From NCBI GenBank assembly GCA_008632985.1, contig QPGO01000036.1, positions 124,001 through 188,000 on the forward strand: a DNA stretch of 64,000 nucleotides, written 5' to 3'. This document shows, one piece after another, positions 61,209 to 64,000 of the stretch. Every line of letters begins with the position of its first letter. Positions within the stretch are counted from its first letter, which is position 1. Source of the stretch: Psammoneis japonica (Eukaryota). A program made the position numbers and the translations under genes. The notes under the pieces are model-generated. The model saw only the letters and a list, made by a program, of their open reading frames with translations, had not been told where the DNA came from and did no database searches.

Positions 61209-62278
61209 ATGATTCTTTGTAGTTGGAAAAACAACTACTTGACTTTCGGCGCCTTGACATTGTTCATCCGGCACACGGCGCAAGCAATGGCTCTGGAGGG
61301 AGGAAAGCGCATCTTGTGGAATGGCCCGCTCTTTGGTAGGTTGACAAAAAGAGGGAAATCACATTTATTGGAAAATGGTTGGGTTGACAATGGCCTGGAA
61401 CCAAATCAATATCCAAACACCCCGCTCCACTTTTGTTGGCCATCCAAATCGGGTCCGCAGCTGGACATTCAAGACCGACACCCAGCTTTGATTCGACCTT
61501 ATCCTACTAGCATAACGAATTTCATCGACGACAAGATATTATTGGCCCAGTTACTCAAAGGATCCAGTATTGGACCGGACTGCAATGAGGACCCCGGCAA
61601 AGAAGCAAAACCAGGTGTTTTGTATTTTTGCAAACATCGACACGGCGTACAGGGAAAGAGTGTGTACGTCATGGACAAGGAAGAATTACTTAGTTGGTGG
61701 GAAAAAATGCGAAACAACAAGAGTAAGAATGAAAAAGACTTTGTCATTCAACAAGAGATTCCCACTGCGTTGGATGACGCGGGCAGGAAGTTTGTCTTGC
61801 GCTCTCACATTTTGATTTATCAACAAGCCGATTGCTTTGAAGCGTTTTTGCAAAGAAACATAATTTGCTTGACCCACTCCTCAACTTACGAAAGTGGTGG
61901 ACGCTCGGCACACATTCGTCAAGTAGGAAAGCGTCACCCCAAGCCGTGCCTTATTCACGAGTTGAATGAAAGTCATCCGGCGTTTTCTTCCTATCCCGCG
62001 GTTCGGGCCTGCAGCCAACAACTCATTCGTTTGGTCAAACCAAAACTCTGTGAACATTTTATTGGGGAAGGCGTGAGATGCTTGCCTTGATGGGCTGTGA
62101 CATGTTAGTTTTGCCAGATTGGAGTATCAAAATTTGCGAAGTAAATTCTCACCCCGCTTTGGGATGGGGCACAATGAAGGACGTCGACACTGAGGTCTTT
62201 GCGAACCTGATTCGTGATACTCTTGATCTGATTGCAATCAACAAGCTAAGCGAAACGTCAGGGTTTGATAGGTTGTAG
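61209..62278 (+). CDS. Tubulin-tyrosine-ligase-like ATP-grasp protein (apparent 1-bp frameshift near 62082)
   Basis: K..HG.QG, FVIQQEI, GRKFVLRSHIL, and after the shift ALMGCDML...ICEVNSHPAL. The start may be 61287. Confidence 0.75.
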
Positions 62279-62509
62279 TGTTCGCACGTCGTTCATTCAA
62301 ACGGTAGTAGCTGAGCAACTGACTGTAAAGGAGGAATACCGTTCGTCATCGTAAAAGCTGGGAGCGAGAAAGATCTCGACCTCTGTACAGTCTTGTTGAT
62401 AAATTTTACTCAGTGCTACATTCATCATAATTTAGGAACTATGTATAGCAGTTCTATTCTTCTGTTGGCCTGACGGCTTCAGTGTGATGACGAGTTGCTT
62501 GGAGTGCAT

Positions 62510-64000
62510 CTAGAAAGCGACAGCTTTGTTCGTCCCCGAGTGAAATCCGGAACTACGCGGTGAGTACACGTCGCCGTTGTCATGAGATGCCCCAGCAAAG
62601 CGCTCTGAATAAACTGGAGAGGAAGCAGCAAAGTCTTCCTCGTATGTCCTTCCTGGTTCTTCGCTCGGATAATCAAATTGCTTTTGTCCGTCATCAACAT
62701 AAACTGTTTCTTGCAGTGATGATCGAAGAGTCAGCATCATGAAGGAGGAAAATGCAATTACCAGACAAGCGGACCAAATCCAAGTAATTCCGGTTACAGA
62801 GTAGGTGCAAGTGCCTTCGTAGACGGCCTGAGTGTAGATTGGGACGATTCGTGAGCACCGCAAAAGGTCAAGTACCGATGCAGCGTTCTCAAACAGTATT
62901 TCCAAGTCTCCACGGATAGACTGTAGCAAAACATCAAGCGGACCAAAGTCTCTCCCACACAGAACGCCTAATTCAGCCACACCAACTGTTTGGAAGGCAT
63001 TGAAGAGATTTCCAACCTGAGATCTTGCGCCCGCCTGTATAGTCAAAAGTCGGAGTATGAGCTAGGTCGGCCCACAGGCGCTACAACAACAACAATCGAC
63101 GAAACAACAAAACTTACAATTTCACCTTCGTATTCACGAATAAATTCCCACGGATCATCAGTTCGACATTGCTGTTAAGAGACAATCAACAATCAACGGA
63201 AAATCATGAGTCGTTCACCAAAAAGAACAGGAAAATTCTTGATGAACTATTACGTACCGAAACATAGAACCCGACGGCCAGGAACACGAGGGATTGTGTA
63301 TCGACGTTTTGGTTAGACATGATTTGAAGAATGGTATTGTCGGGCGAGTTTTCATTCGAAAGATTCTGCACAGAGACAAATTGGGGATCCTGAAACTGAC
63401 TGTTTCCGGAGCACCAATCTTGGAGATGACGGGAGAGCGAACAAAGAAACAAGTACAAAACGTGAGGTGATGGTTCGAAAGAAGATGGAAGAACATTTCC
63501 GTTGCCATTCACACCTGCATTGACTACGGAAGCGATTGCTACGGCTCCCGATCCGACAAAGGCCCCAACTGCAATGAGGATGAAGAGAGGCATAATGATC
63601 CAGTAAATAATGACAGAAAAGACAGGGTTGGAAGCAAATGGAACCTCAAACCACGCCATCATGGCTTGCAACATCAAAATTGTCGGAATGATTGCAATCG
63701 GGATCAAAATAATAAGGGCCTGCCAATCATTGATATCAATGTTTTCGACTCCATTGTCAATATCGCCCGTTGTCCTGCGGGCGGTTTCGACGGCGCTGTC
63801 AAGAGTATCCAACTCGTTGTTTAAGAACCCGTCCAGTGTGTCCAGTAAATCAATCGCCTGACGTGCGAGGTTGTCAAAGTCAAAACCTGTAATGGATTCA
63901 ACATTCGGTTCAGCCGGACAGAAATTGCCTAACGATGATTGCAATTCATTACGAACTATCGCTGTCGATTCCCCAACGGATCGAAGCGACGCAGAAATCT
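62510..64000 (-). CDS. Multi-exon multi-pass membrane protein of unknown function (5' end outside window)
   Basis: ORFs 63204-63944 and 62510-63046 have TM helices and Cys-containing loops, separated by GT-AG intron-like segments. Confidence 0.7.

Overview
Eukaryotic nuclear DNA, most likely from a diatom. The clues are short GT-AG introns, bipartite signal-peptide + ASAF-like plastid presequences, and Copia and Gypsy LTR retroelements. About half of the window is compact host genes: fatty-acid hydroxylase-like, SIVA-like Zn finger, TyrP-family permease, cytochrome P450, organellar gyrA, subtilase, Cys-rich surface protein, class I heme peroxidase, LPA3, SYLF/Ysc84 protein, TTL-like ligase and several hypothetical proteins. 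The other half is repeat DNA (about 1-1.99, 7.1-8.1, 12.0-27.5, 40.4-43.3 and 45.6-55.4 kb). The main observation is that these repeat blocks have lost most or nearly all TpA dinucleotides, which are replaced by TpG or CpA. This is A-to-G at TpA on both strands, the reverse direction of fungal RIP. Conserved Tyr codons have become Cys or His (RT YIDD reads HIDD). Paired copies (LTRs, tandem units, apparently even target-site duplications) differ by reciprocal TG/CA changes, while neighbouring host genes are untouched. This points to a repeat-targeted, post-insertion DNA hypermutation system. It also erases TAA/TAG stops, which explains the dense spurious ORF track in those blocks. Several host genes carry single-base frameshifts that look like assembly errors.
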